A stretch of DNA of 64,000 nt from Planctomycetota bacterium. Lineage in GTDB: Bacteria > Planctomycetota > MHYJ01 > WSZJ01. This document shows positions 56,806 through 64,000 of this stretch, one piece after another. Made by a program: the position numbers and the translations under genes. Where the stretch lies: NCBI GenBank assembly GCA_038060895.1, contig JBBTCT010000009.1:400082-464081 (forward strand), read 5' to 3'. The notes beneath the pieces are model-generated. The model saw only the letters and a program-made list of their open reading frames with translations. It did not search any database and was not told where the DNA came from. The first letter of the stretch is position 1, and each line of letters starts with the position of its first letter.

Positions 56806-58170
56806 ATGAGAGTGCTTCTCGCTGAAGACGAAAAGTCCATCGCCCTCACCCTCGGCGACGAACTCGAGGCTGCCGGTCACGAGGTTCTTCACAAGGCCGA
56901 TGGCCTCGCCGCACTCGACTCGGCGCTCAACGGCGAGTTCGACGTCGTCATCTCGGACATCCGGATGCCTCACCTCGACGGTGAGCAGCTTCTCGCCCGG
57001 GTGAAAGAAGTGAAGCCCGACCTGCCCGTCGTCCTAATGACCGGCTTCGGGACGATGGAGTCCGTCATCAAGGCGATGCGCCTCGGCGCGTACGACTACC
57101 TGCAGAAGCCGTTCGACACGCGCGAAGCCGTTCTGATTCTCGAACGGCTCCATCGCGAAATGGAGCTCAAGCGCCGCTGCGCCCAGCTCCAGGAACAGCT
57201 CGAAGAAAAGTACCGCTTCGAAAACATCATCGGCACCTCGCCGAAGATGCAGTCGGTTTACCAGCTCATCAAGGCCGCCGCAGGAAATGATTTCCCCGTG
57301 CTCATCACCGGCGAAACCGGGACGGGAAAGGAACTCGTCGCACAGGCGATCCACCTGAATTCCAACCGCCGCAAGGGCGAGCTCGTGAAAGTGTCCTGCC
57401 AGAACTTCCCGGAGACGCTTCTCGAGGCGGAGCTTTTCGGCCACGAGAAGGGTGCGTTCACGGACGCGAAGGACCAGAAGATCGGACGCTTCGAGCGTGC
57501 TCACCGCGGCACCATTTTCATCGACGACATCGACGACATGCCATCGGGCGCGCAGGCAAAGATCCTGAACGTTCTCGCCGAACGCAAACTCGAGCGCCTC
57601 GGGGGAACGAAGACGATCCAGGTTGATATCCGCGTGATCACGGCGACGAAAGTCGACCTGCAGAAGCTCGTCCGCGACGGAAAGTTCCGCGACGACCTCT
57701 TCTACCGCCTCAACGTCGTCCCGATCGACCTTCCTCCGCTGCGCGAGCGCGAAGGCGATCTCCCGTTCCTCATGAAAGAGTTCATCAAGAAATACGCCGG
57801 CGGAAAGCACTTCACGATCTCCCCCTCCACGATGGCGGAGCTGGAGCACTACACGTGGCCGGGAAACGTCCGCGAGCTGGAAGCGGCGGTTCAGCGGGCG
57901 ATTGCGCTTTCGGGTGACACGGGCGAGTTGCGTCGCGAGCACCTTGTGAGGATCACGGCAAACACGCCGAAAGAAGCGATGGTGAGGAGCGACCGGCGGC
58001 CGCTGAGGGACGTGCTGGTGGAAGCGGAGAAGGGGCACATCCTGAATGTGCTGAAGATCTGCAACAACAAGAAGGGTGAAGCGGCGGAGTTGCTGGGCAT
58101 CAGCCGCAAGAATCTCTGGGAGAAGCTGAAGTCGTACGGGGTGGACGCGGGTGAGGATGCGGAGCGGTAG
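56806..58170 (+). CDS. Sigma54-dependent response regulator (NtrC/AtoC/PilR family)
   Basis: Receiver LLAEDE..SDIRMP; GETGTGKELVA, ELFGHEKGAFTDA, FRDDLFYRLNV, WPGNVRELE; Fis-type HTH; ATG 56806. Confidence 0.95.
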   Translation: MRVLLAEDEKSIALTLGDELEAAGHEVLHKADGLAALDSALNGEFDVVISDIRMPHLDGEQLLARVKEVKPDLPVVLMTGFGTMESVIKAMRLGAYDYLQKPFDTREAVLILERLHREMELKRRCAQLQEQLEEKYRFENIIGTSPKMQSVYQLIKAAAGNDFPVLITGETGTGKELVAQAIHLNSNRRKGELVKVSCQNFPETLLEAELFGHEKGAFTDAKDQKIGRFERAHRGTIFIDDIDDMPSGAQAKILNVLAERKLERLGGTKTIQVDIRVITATKVDLQKLVRDGKFRDDLFYRLNVVPIDLPPLREREGDLPFLMKEFIKKYAGGKHFTISPSTMAELEHYTWPGNVRELEAAVQRAIALSGDTGELRREHLVRITANTPKEAMVRSDRRPLRDVLVEAEKGHILNVLKICNNKKGEAAELLGISRKNLWEKLKSYGVDAGEDAER

Positions 58171-58304
58171 GGAGGTGTCCGCGGGCGTTGAAACCGGTTC
58201 GCGCGCGGCAAAGTAGTCTCCGTATATGAAGGATCTTAACGATAAGTAAGCGTATGCGCCCTAAATAGTGACTGCCCGGGACTGAAACCCTGAAGGAGAA
58301 ACCC

Positions 58305-58817
58305 ATGAGACGCGACGCTGGCCTGACGACGTTCGATCTCGTCATCATGATTTTCATTCTCGCCGTGGTCGCCTGGTTCGTCATCACCACCGGGAGCCCC
58401 GATCGCTGCCGTTCGAAACACAGCGTCGGACAGGCGACGATCCAGGACTTCAGCGTCGCCCTGAAGGCCTACGAGACCGATTTCGGCGCATATCCGCCGG
58501 ACGAGCCCGGGAATTACATCACCACCGGCCGCAAGGGTTCGCTGATTGACCTCTTGTCCCGGCTGGGGCCGAAGCGGATCCCGTATTACGAATTCCGGAA
58601 GGACCAGATCGACTCGAAGGGACGGTGGGTCACGCTGTTCGGCAGTCCTTACAAGTACCGCTTGAACGCCGGTCGGCAGCCGCCTGCGACGCCGAGCCCT
58701 GAAACGATGATCAACTTCCACTCATTCGACATGTGGGCTTCGGGGTGCGGCGACGCCCCGGCCTGCGACCTGGAGACGTCCGAGCCCGCCACCAAAGCCA
58801 CGATGAAAAACTGGTAG
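58305..58817 (+). CDS. GspG-like pseudopilin A1 with a degenerate prepilin motif
   Basis: AG|LTTFDLV; ALKAYETDFG.YPP, FDMWA.G, KNW shared with 61009. Confidence 0.8.
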   Translation: MRRDAGLTTFDLVIMIFILAVVAWFVITTGSPDRCRSKHSVGQATIQDFSVALKAYETDFGAYPPDEPGNYITTGRKGSLIDLLSRLGPKRIPYYEFRKDQIDSKGRWVTLFGSPYKYRLNAGRQPPATPSPETMINFHSFDMWASGCGDAPACDLETSEPATKATMKNW

Positions 58818-58826
58818 GAGAGAATC

Positions 58827-59441
58827 ATGCGCAAACACGGAAGCGGTTTCACGCTCATCGAACTTCTCGTCGTGATCGCCATCCTCGGCTTCCTCGCCGC
58901 GACGCTCGTCGTCGCCGCGGTGGGCCTGAAGCAGCGCGCGAAGATTGAGAAAACAGCCGCGCTGATAAAGCGCCTCGACACGGCGTGCGAGGCGTACTTC
59001 ACGAAGTTCCAGGACTATCCCAGCGATTTCGCCAGGCTCACCGCCGCGGACAAGCAGGCCAGCGTCACCTGGCCGACCATCGTCCCGAACGACAAGCTTC
59101 TCTTCGACTACCTGGGGCGGCCGCTCCAGGCCGCGACGAACTACAGCGCGGGAGGCGGAAAAATCGAGATGCTTTCGCCCTTTCTCGAGTTCACCACTTC
59201 GGAAGTCTCCGGGCCCTGGACGGGCGCGAAGAGCGTGCAGATTCTCGATTCGTGGGGGAACCCGATCTGGTACGAGCTGCCCGGTTTTGCGCACGGCAGC
59301 GGCTTCCTCGACACTTCGCGCGGCCAGACCTCTTCCACGAACTCGCGCTTCGACCTGACCTCTGCCGGCGCGAACGGCACGGCGGACTCTCTGACGGACA
59401 AGACCGACCCCAAGGACGACATCACGAACTGGAATCCCTAA
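58827..59441 (+). CDS. Prepilin-type pseudopilin B1
   Basis: SG|FTLIELLVVIAILG; DSWGNPIWY, FDLTSAG, DDITNW (T2SS G-type motifs). Confidence 0.88.
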   Translation: MRKHGSGFTLIELLVVIAILGFLAATLVVAAVGLKQRAKIEKTAALIKRLDTACEAYFTKFQDYPSDFARLTAADKQASVTWPTIVPNDKLLFDYLGRPLQAATNYSAGGGKIEMLSPFLEFTTSEVSGPWTGAKSVQILDSWGNPIWYELPGFAHGSGFLDTSRGQTSSTNSRFDLTSAGANGTADSLTDKTDPKDDITNWNP

Positions 59442-59454
59442 CGGAGGCTGACTC

Positions 59455-60078
59455 ATGCGACGCAACCAGGCCGGCTTCTCGATGATCGAAATGCTCGTGG
59501 TCATCACGATCATCCTCGTCCTCGTCACCGGCTCTATCTCGATCCTCGGGGTGTTCATGCGGGGGCAGGGACTCAAGCAGGGCGGGCGGATCGTCGGGAC
59601 GCAGTTCATGAACGCGCGACAGAAGGCGTGTTCCGAAAAGTGCGTCTACTTCCTGCAGTTCGACACCGCGAAGCACGTCATGCGGCTATTCCGCGACGCG
59701 GACCCGGACGGCCCCGCGGGACCGAAGACGTACGACCGGACGCTGCTCACCACCGGAGCCGACGCCGATGTGCAGGACGGGGACGAGCATCCGCTTCCCA
59801 ACCACGTCGAGTTCGCGTGCAGCCAGCCCTGGGCGTCGGGGATTGCGGCGAAGTCGCTGACGAGCAGCACGCCGTTCGACGTCGCGGGTTCGACCTTCGC
59901 CATCGCGTTTTATCCGGACGGGAGCTGCCTGCTGCCGGTCTCCGAGATCGGATGGGATCCCGACGGGCTGAAGACGGCGGACCTGATGCTGATTCAGGAA
60001 GGCCAGTCCGGCCGCGTGTTCGTGGACATCAATCCGGCGTCGGGCAAGGTCAGGAAGCAGGCGTTTCGCACGGAGTAG
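59455..60078 (+). CDS. GspH/FimT-like pseudopilin C1
   Basis: AG|FSMIEMLVV; ARQKA, FYPDG, INPASGKV. Confidence 0.85.
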   Translation: MRRNQAGFSMIEMLVVITIILVLVTGSISILGVFMRGQGLKQGGRIVGTQFMNARQKACSEKCVYFLQFDTAKHVMRLFRDADPDGPAGPKTYDRTLLTTGADADVQDGDEHPLPNHVEFACSQPWASGIAAKSLTSSTPFDVAGSTFAIAFYPDGSCLLPVSEIGWDPDGLKTADLMLIQEGQSGRVFVDINPASGKVRKQAFRTE

Positions 60079-60128
60079 ATCGACCGGCGTTTTCGCTGCA
60101 CGGGAAGCATGCTGAAACAGGAGAGAAC

Positions 60129-60761
60129 ATGAAGCGCACTCACGGAAAGAACTCGGGATTCACGCTCATTGAAATACTGATCGCGCTGGTCATTCTCATG
60201 GTTGGAATCTGCGGAGTCCTCAGTCTTTTCCCGGTCGCGATCAAGAACGTGAGCGATTCGGTGGAAGACTCGACGGCGTCGAATCTGGCCCAGTCCCTGC
60301 ATTCAGCGATGACGGAAGCGATGCGTCGGCCGGTGACGGGGGTCGTGACGGTGACGCACGACGGTTTGCCGGCGGGGACGCTGAGTTTCCCGCTTCCGGT
60401 TTCAGTCCTGGTTCCCGCGACCTATCCGGTGGCGGGGAGCGGGACGGATACGTGGCTGGAGACGTACCAGCTGGGGACGGACGTGCCGGTGGCTGCGCAA
60501 GTGGCGGACATTCGGTCGAGCGGGCTGGGCGGCGGGGATCCGACGGAGCCGACGACCCAGTATTCGTTCCAGTTTGAAGTGGTGAGGCCTGCGGAGTCCG
60601 TGATCGTGGTGGACACGGCGGGGACGATGACGAATCTGCCGCTCTACCAGTTCCGGTTCATGATCTACCGCGGGTATCGGCCGGCGGCCGTGGGGGTGGG
60701 GCAGGTGCACCCGGCGCTGGTGAAGGAGTTCACGACGCTGATTTCGGGGTCAGGAATTTAA
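60129..60761 (+). CDS. GspI/PilV-like pseudopilin D1
   Basis: ATG 60129; SG|FTLIEILIALVILMVGICGVLSLFP. Confidence 0.85.
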   Translation: MKRTHGKNSGFTLIEILIALVILMVGICGVLSLFPVAIKNVSDSVEDSTASNLAQSLHSAMTEAMRRPVTGVVTVTHDGLPAGTLSFPLPVSVLVPATYPVAGSGTDTWLETYQLGTDVPVAAQVADIRSSGLGGGDPTEPTTQYSFQFEVVRPAESVIVVDTAGTMTNLPLYQFRFMIYRGYRPAAVGVGQVHPALVKEFTTLISGSGI

Positions 60762-60804
60762 GCAAGCGGGTCAGGGGAGAGACGGTTCCGCGTTTCGAGA
60801 AGAG

Positions 60805-60942
60805 GGCACCGCCAGGTAACGCAGTAACGCCGAAGTAACCCCACCGTTGGTGAAGGTGCTTCAGATTTACCTGTAAAAAGAGCCAAAGTACGTGATTCAG
60901 GGCATATGAAGAGGAAAGTCGGCTTAGGGCCTTGGATTTGCG
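60805..60942 (+). promoter_or_regulatory. Candidate regulatory region of cassette 2: three GTAAC half-sites and a possible sigma54 promoter
   Basis: GTAAC at 60816, 60824, 60835; GGCCTTGGATTTGC at 60928-60941. Confidence 0.45.
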
Positions 60943-61008
60943 TTTCGGTATTGGCGGGCCGAAATACACCCGCTTCCACCCGGTTTTAACGAAATTCAGG
61001 AGATCGCC

Positions 61009-61521
61009 ATGCGCCAGAGCCGTGGCTTCACGATCGTCGAACTGCTCGTCGTTGTCACCATCATCGGCATTCTGGCGGCGCTTCTTCTGCCCGCCCTGAG
61101 CGCCGCGCGCTGCCGCAGCAAGCACAGCGCGAGCCAGGCAACGGTCCAGGATTTCTCCGTCGCGCTGAAAGCGTACGAGACGGACTTCGGCCGGTATCCC
61201 CCGGAAGAAGCCGGCAACTACGTCACTCAGCTGGCGGCCGCTTCGCTCATCAACATCATGTCCTCGAACGGACCCAAGAACATTCCTTACTACCAGTTCC
61301 GCGCGGACCAGATCAACCCCGGCAAGCAGTGGATCACTTCGCTCAGCACTCCCTACAAGTACCGGGAGAACGCGAGCAAGGTGAAGCCTGCGACGCCGAG
61401 CCCGCTGACGATGATGAATTTCTTCAGCTTCGACATGTGGGCCTGCGGGTGCGGCGATCAGCCGGCTTGCAGCCAGACGACGTCTGATCCCGCTGACAAA
61501 GCCAACATCAAGAACTGGTAG
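61009..61521 (+). CDS. GspG-like pseudopilin A2
   Basis: RG|FTIVELLVVVTIIGILAALLLP. Confidence 0.88.
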   Translation: MRQSRGFTIVELLVVVTIIGILAALLLPALSAARCRSKHSASQATVQDFSVALKAYETDFGRYPPEEAGNYVTQLAAASLINIMSSNGPKNIPYYQFRADQINPGKQWITSLSTPYKYRENASKVKPATPSPLTMMNFFSFDMWACGCGDQPACSQTTSDPADKANIKNW

Positions 61522-61530
61522 GAGAAGCGC

Positions 61531-62151
61531 ATGCGCAGAACGAATTCAGGCTTTTCGCTGATCGAGCTCCTCGTGGTGATCGCGATTCTGGGCTTCCTGG
61601 CGGCGACGTTGACGATTGCCGCGGCGGGGCTGAAGCAGCGGTCGAACATCGAGAAGACGGCGGCCCTTGTGCGTCGCATCGACGCGGGAGTCGAGGCTTA
61701 CTTCACGAAGTTCCACGACTACCCGTCGGACTACGCGAAGCTCACCGCTGCCGACAAGAAGGCCGCAAAGGTCTGGCCGACGATCAAGAGCGACAAGTAC
61801 CTGTACGACTACCTGGGCAAGCCGCTGACCGTGACCGAAGGATTCGTCGCCACGGGTTCGAAGATCAAGAACCTGGAGCCGTTCTGCGAGATGAATGCGT
61901 CCGAGATCCTCGGGCCGGACAGCGGCCCTCATACCGTCCAGGTGCTCGACGCCTGGCGTGGGCCGATCTGGTACGAGCTTCCCGGATACGCTCACGGCAC
62001 GAATTTCCCTGACCGGTCCAAGGGGGAAGTGTCTTCGACCGACTCCAAGTTCGACCTGACTTCGGCCGGACCTGACAAGGTGTGCGATTCGTTCCTGGAC
62101 AAGCTTCTCCCGGATGACGACGTGACGAACTGGACCTACGACCGCAAATAG
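61531..62151 (+). CDS. Prepilin-type pseudopilin B2
   Basis: SG|FSLIELLVV; colinear paralog of B1. Confidence 0.88.
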   Translation: MRRTNSGFSLIELLVVIAILGFLAATLTIAAAGLKQRSNIEKTAALVRRIDAGVEAYFTKFHDYPSDYAKLTAADKKAAKVWPTIKSDKYLYDYLGKPLTVTEGFVATGSKIKNLEPFCEMNASEILGPDSGPHTVQVLDAWRGPIWYELPGYAHGTNFPDRSKGEVSSTDSKFDLTSAGPDKVCDSFLDKLLPDDDVTNWTYDRK

Positions 62152-62161
62152 GGGCCAAATC

Positions 62162-62782
62162 ATGCGCAAGTCGAACGGTGGCTTCTCGATGGTTGAAATG
62201 CTGGTCGTCGTGACCATCATTCTCGTGATGGTGACCGGCTCGATTTCGATCCTCGGGGTGTTCATGCGGGGCCAGGGCATCAAGCAGGCCGGTCGTGTGA
62301 TCAGCGGGCAGTTCATGAACGCCCGGCAGAAGGCGAGTTCCGAAAAGTGCGTCTACTTTCTCGTGTTCGACTCGTCCAAGCAGGTGCTGCGGCTTTACAG
62401 GGACAACGACCCGGATGGACCGACCGGTCCCAAGACCTACGATCGCACGCTTGTCCTGACGGGCGTGGACAAGGATGTCCAGGAAGGTGACGAGCACCCT
62501 CTTCCCAAGAACGTTGAAATCGGCTGCAACCAGGCCTGGGCGTCCATCTCGGCCAAGTGCATGACGAGCACGGCGCCGTTCAACGTGCCGGGGTCGTCCT
62601 TCTGGATCAGCTTTTACCCGGATGGCACATGCGTCATGCCGGCCGCCGAGAAAACGTATGACCCCGACGTGGCTCTGACCGCGGACCTGATCCTGGTTCA
62701 GAACGGTCAGACGAGCAAGCTGTACGTCGACATCAACCCGGCCTCGGGAAAAATCCGCAAGCAGGCGTTCCGTACGCAATAG
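62162..62782 (+). CDS. GspH/FimT-like pseudopilin C2
   Basis: GG|FSMVEMLVV; colinear paralog of C1. Confidence 0.85.
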   Translation: MRKSNGGFSMVEMLVVVTIILVMVTGSISILGVFMRGQGIKQAGRVISGQFMNARQKASSEKCVYFLVFDSSKQVLRLYRDNDPDGPTGPKTYDRTLVLTGVDKDVQEGDEHPLPKNVEIGCNQAWASISAKCMTSTAPFNVPGSSFWISFYPDGTCVMPAAEKTYDPDVALTADLILVQNGQTSKLYVDINPASGKIRKQAFRTQ

Positions 62783-62791
62783 GAGACGATC

Positions 62792-63433
62792 ATGAAGCGC
62801 GTTCGCAGGCCTGATGCCGGGTTCACGCTGATCGAGATCCTCATTTCCCTCGTAATCTTGATGGTGGGGATCTGCGGCATCCTGAGCCTCTTCCCGGTTG
62901 CGATCAAGAACGTGAGCGATTCGGTGGAAGACTCCGCCGCGTCCAACCTCGCGCAGTCGCTGTATTCCTCGATGACGGAGGCGATGAGGCGGCCCGTGAC
63001 GGGCGTGGTCTACCTGACGCACGACGGACTTCCCGCCGGCCTCTTCAATTTTCCTCTTCCCGTGACCGTGGGCGCGCCGGTGCTCTACCCGGCCCCCGGA
63101 GCCGGAACGGATCCGACGCTTGCGGTTTACCAGCTCGGGACGGATACCCGGACGTTGGGCCAGGTGACGGACATCCGGACGCCTCCGCCGGCATGGTCTC
63201 TTGGCGGCGATCCTTCGGAACCGACCCGGCAGTACTCGTTCCAGTTCGAAGTCAGCAAGCCGCCGGAATCCGTCATCGTCGTGGATACGGCGGGGACGAC
63301 GACCAACCTGCCTTTGTTCCAGTTCCGCTTCATCATCTACCGCAGCTACTTCACCACTGTCGTGCCGGTGGGTCAGACGCACCCCGCGCAGGTCAAGGAG
63401 TTCACGACGTTCATCGCGGGAACGGGTATCTAG
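62792..63433 (+). CDS. GspI/PilV-like pseudopilin D2
   Basis: AG|FTLIEILISL; colinear paralog of D1. Confidence 0.85.
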   Translation: MKRVRRPDAGFTLIEILISLVILMVGICGILSLFPVAIKNVSDSVEDSAASNLAQSLYSSMTEAMRRPVTGVVYLTHDGLPAGLFNFPLPVTVGAPVLYPAPGAGTDPTLAVYQLGTDTRTLGQVTDIRTPPPAWSLGGDPSEPTRQYSFQFEVSKPPESVIVVDTAGTTTNLPLFQFRFIIYRSYFTTVVPVGQTHPAQVKEFTTFIAGTGI

Positions 63434-63473
63434 GCTTCGACTCGCTTCGCCAGCCCAGGCTTCGGAGACGATC

Positions 63474-64000
63474 ATGAAACGAAATTCAGGCTTTACGCTG
63501 ATGGAGTTGCTGGTGGCGGTTGGCTTGATGGTGATCCTGATGACCGCCATCGTGCTGATCTTCCACCGCTCGACGGACGTCATGAAGATCCAGGGCGCGC
63601 GCATCGATATTTATGAGAATGCGCGGGCGGCCCAGGACATCTTCTGCAACGACATGCAGAACGCCATTCCTTCCTCGGGCGGCCAGCAGCGCATGTGGAT
63701 CGCGAACTACGCCCGCCCTGCGTCTGCGCCAGTGCCGATCGGCAACAACACGGATGGCGCCGCGGATTACGTCGGTGTCGTCACGGTGACCACCTGTCCC
63801 GCGGGCTCCGGAGCGACCGCGACACGCGAGTTGAAGACCGTCTACGCCGAGTACTTCCTCACGAACGACGACGACGCCGAGACATCTTTCACAGGGAAGG
63901 GATACACGAAGGCCCAGCGCAGCCAGCGCAGGATTTTCGTCCTCAAGCGCCGCCTGTGGGCTCTTCCGACCCTGATCACGACGCTTCAGATTCAGCAGAT
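63474..64000 (+). CDS. GspJ/PilW-like pseudopilin E2 (runs off the window end)
   Basis: Absent from the ORF track. Manual translation MKRNSG|FTLMELLVAVGLMVILMTAIVLIFHRST...ARAAQDIFCNDMQNA. Confidence 0.85.
   Translation, partial: MKRNSGFTLMELLVAVGLMVILMTAIVLIFHRSTDVMKIQGARIDIYENARAAQDIFCNDMQNAIPSSGGQQRMWIANYARPASAPVPIGNNTDGAADYVGVVTVTTCPAGSGATATRELKTVYAEYFLTNDDDAETSFTGKGYTKAQRSQRRIFVLKRRLWALPTLITTLQIQQ

Noticed and set aside
58171-58304. Sigma54 promoter for cassette 1
   Set aside because: AT-rich spacer, but no convincing GG-N10-GC or GTTAC-N6-GTAAC was found by eye

Overview
High-GC bacterial chromosome segment whose gene content suggests Planctomycetota (inference from four Hanks-type Ser/Thr kinases, a kinase-linked ECF sigma factor and many prepilin-type genes). 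Housekeeping genes include radA, rsmE, rplM-rpsI, dapL, guaA, an rdgB-guaB fusion ORF, nifJ/PFOR with a DHODH-like partner, and a UDP-sugar dehydrogenase. The most notable items are: (1) a GxxExxY nuclease-fold gene enclosed by near-perfect 29-33 bp inverted arms built from 9-nt repeats, at the 3' end of radA, plus a cargo-less palindrome with hexamer-repeat arms after rpsI; (2) a single-ORF RdgB-IMPDH fusion that keeps an internal SD+GTG; (3) a six-gene cluster of paralogous secreted beta-propeller proteins with one intact trypsin-like protease domain and two degenerate ones; (4) a pseudopilin locus with a tandemly duplicated four-gene cassette, a sigma54 activator and two sigma54 promoter modules with conserved spacing. 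No rRNA, tRNA, CRISPR array or transposase was recognised. All calls come from reading the sequence; no searches were run.
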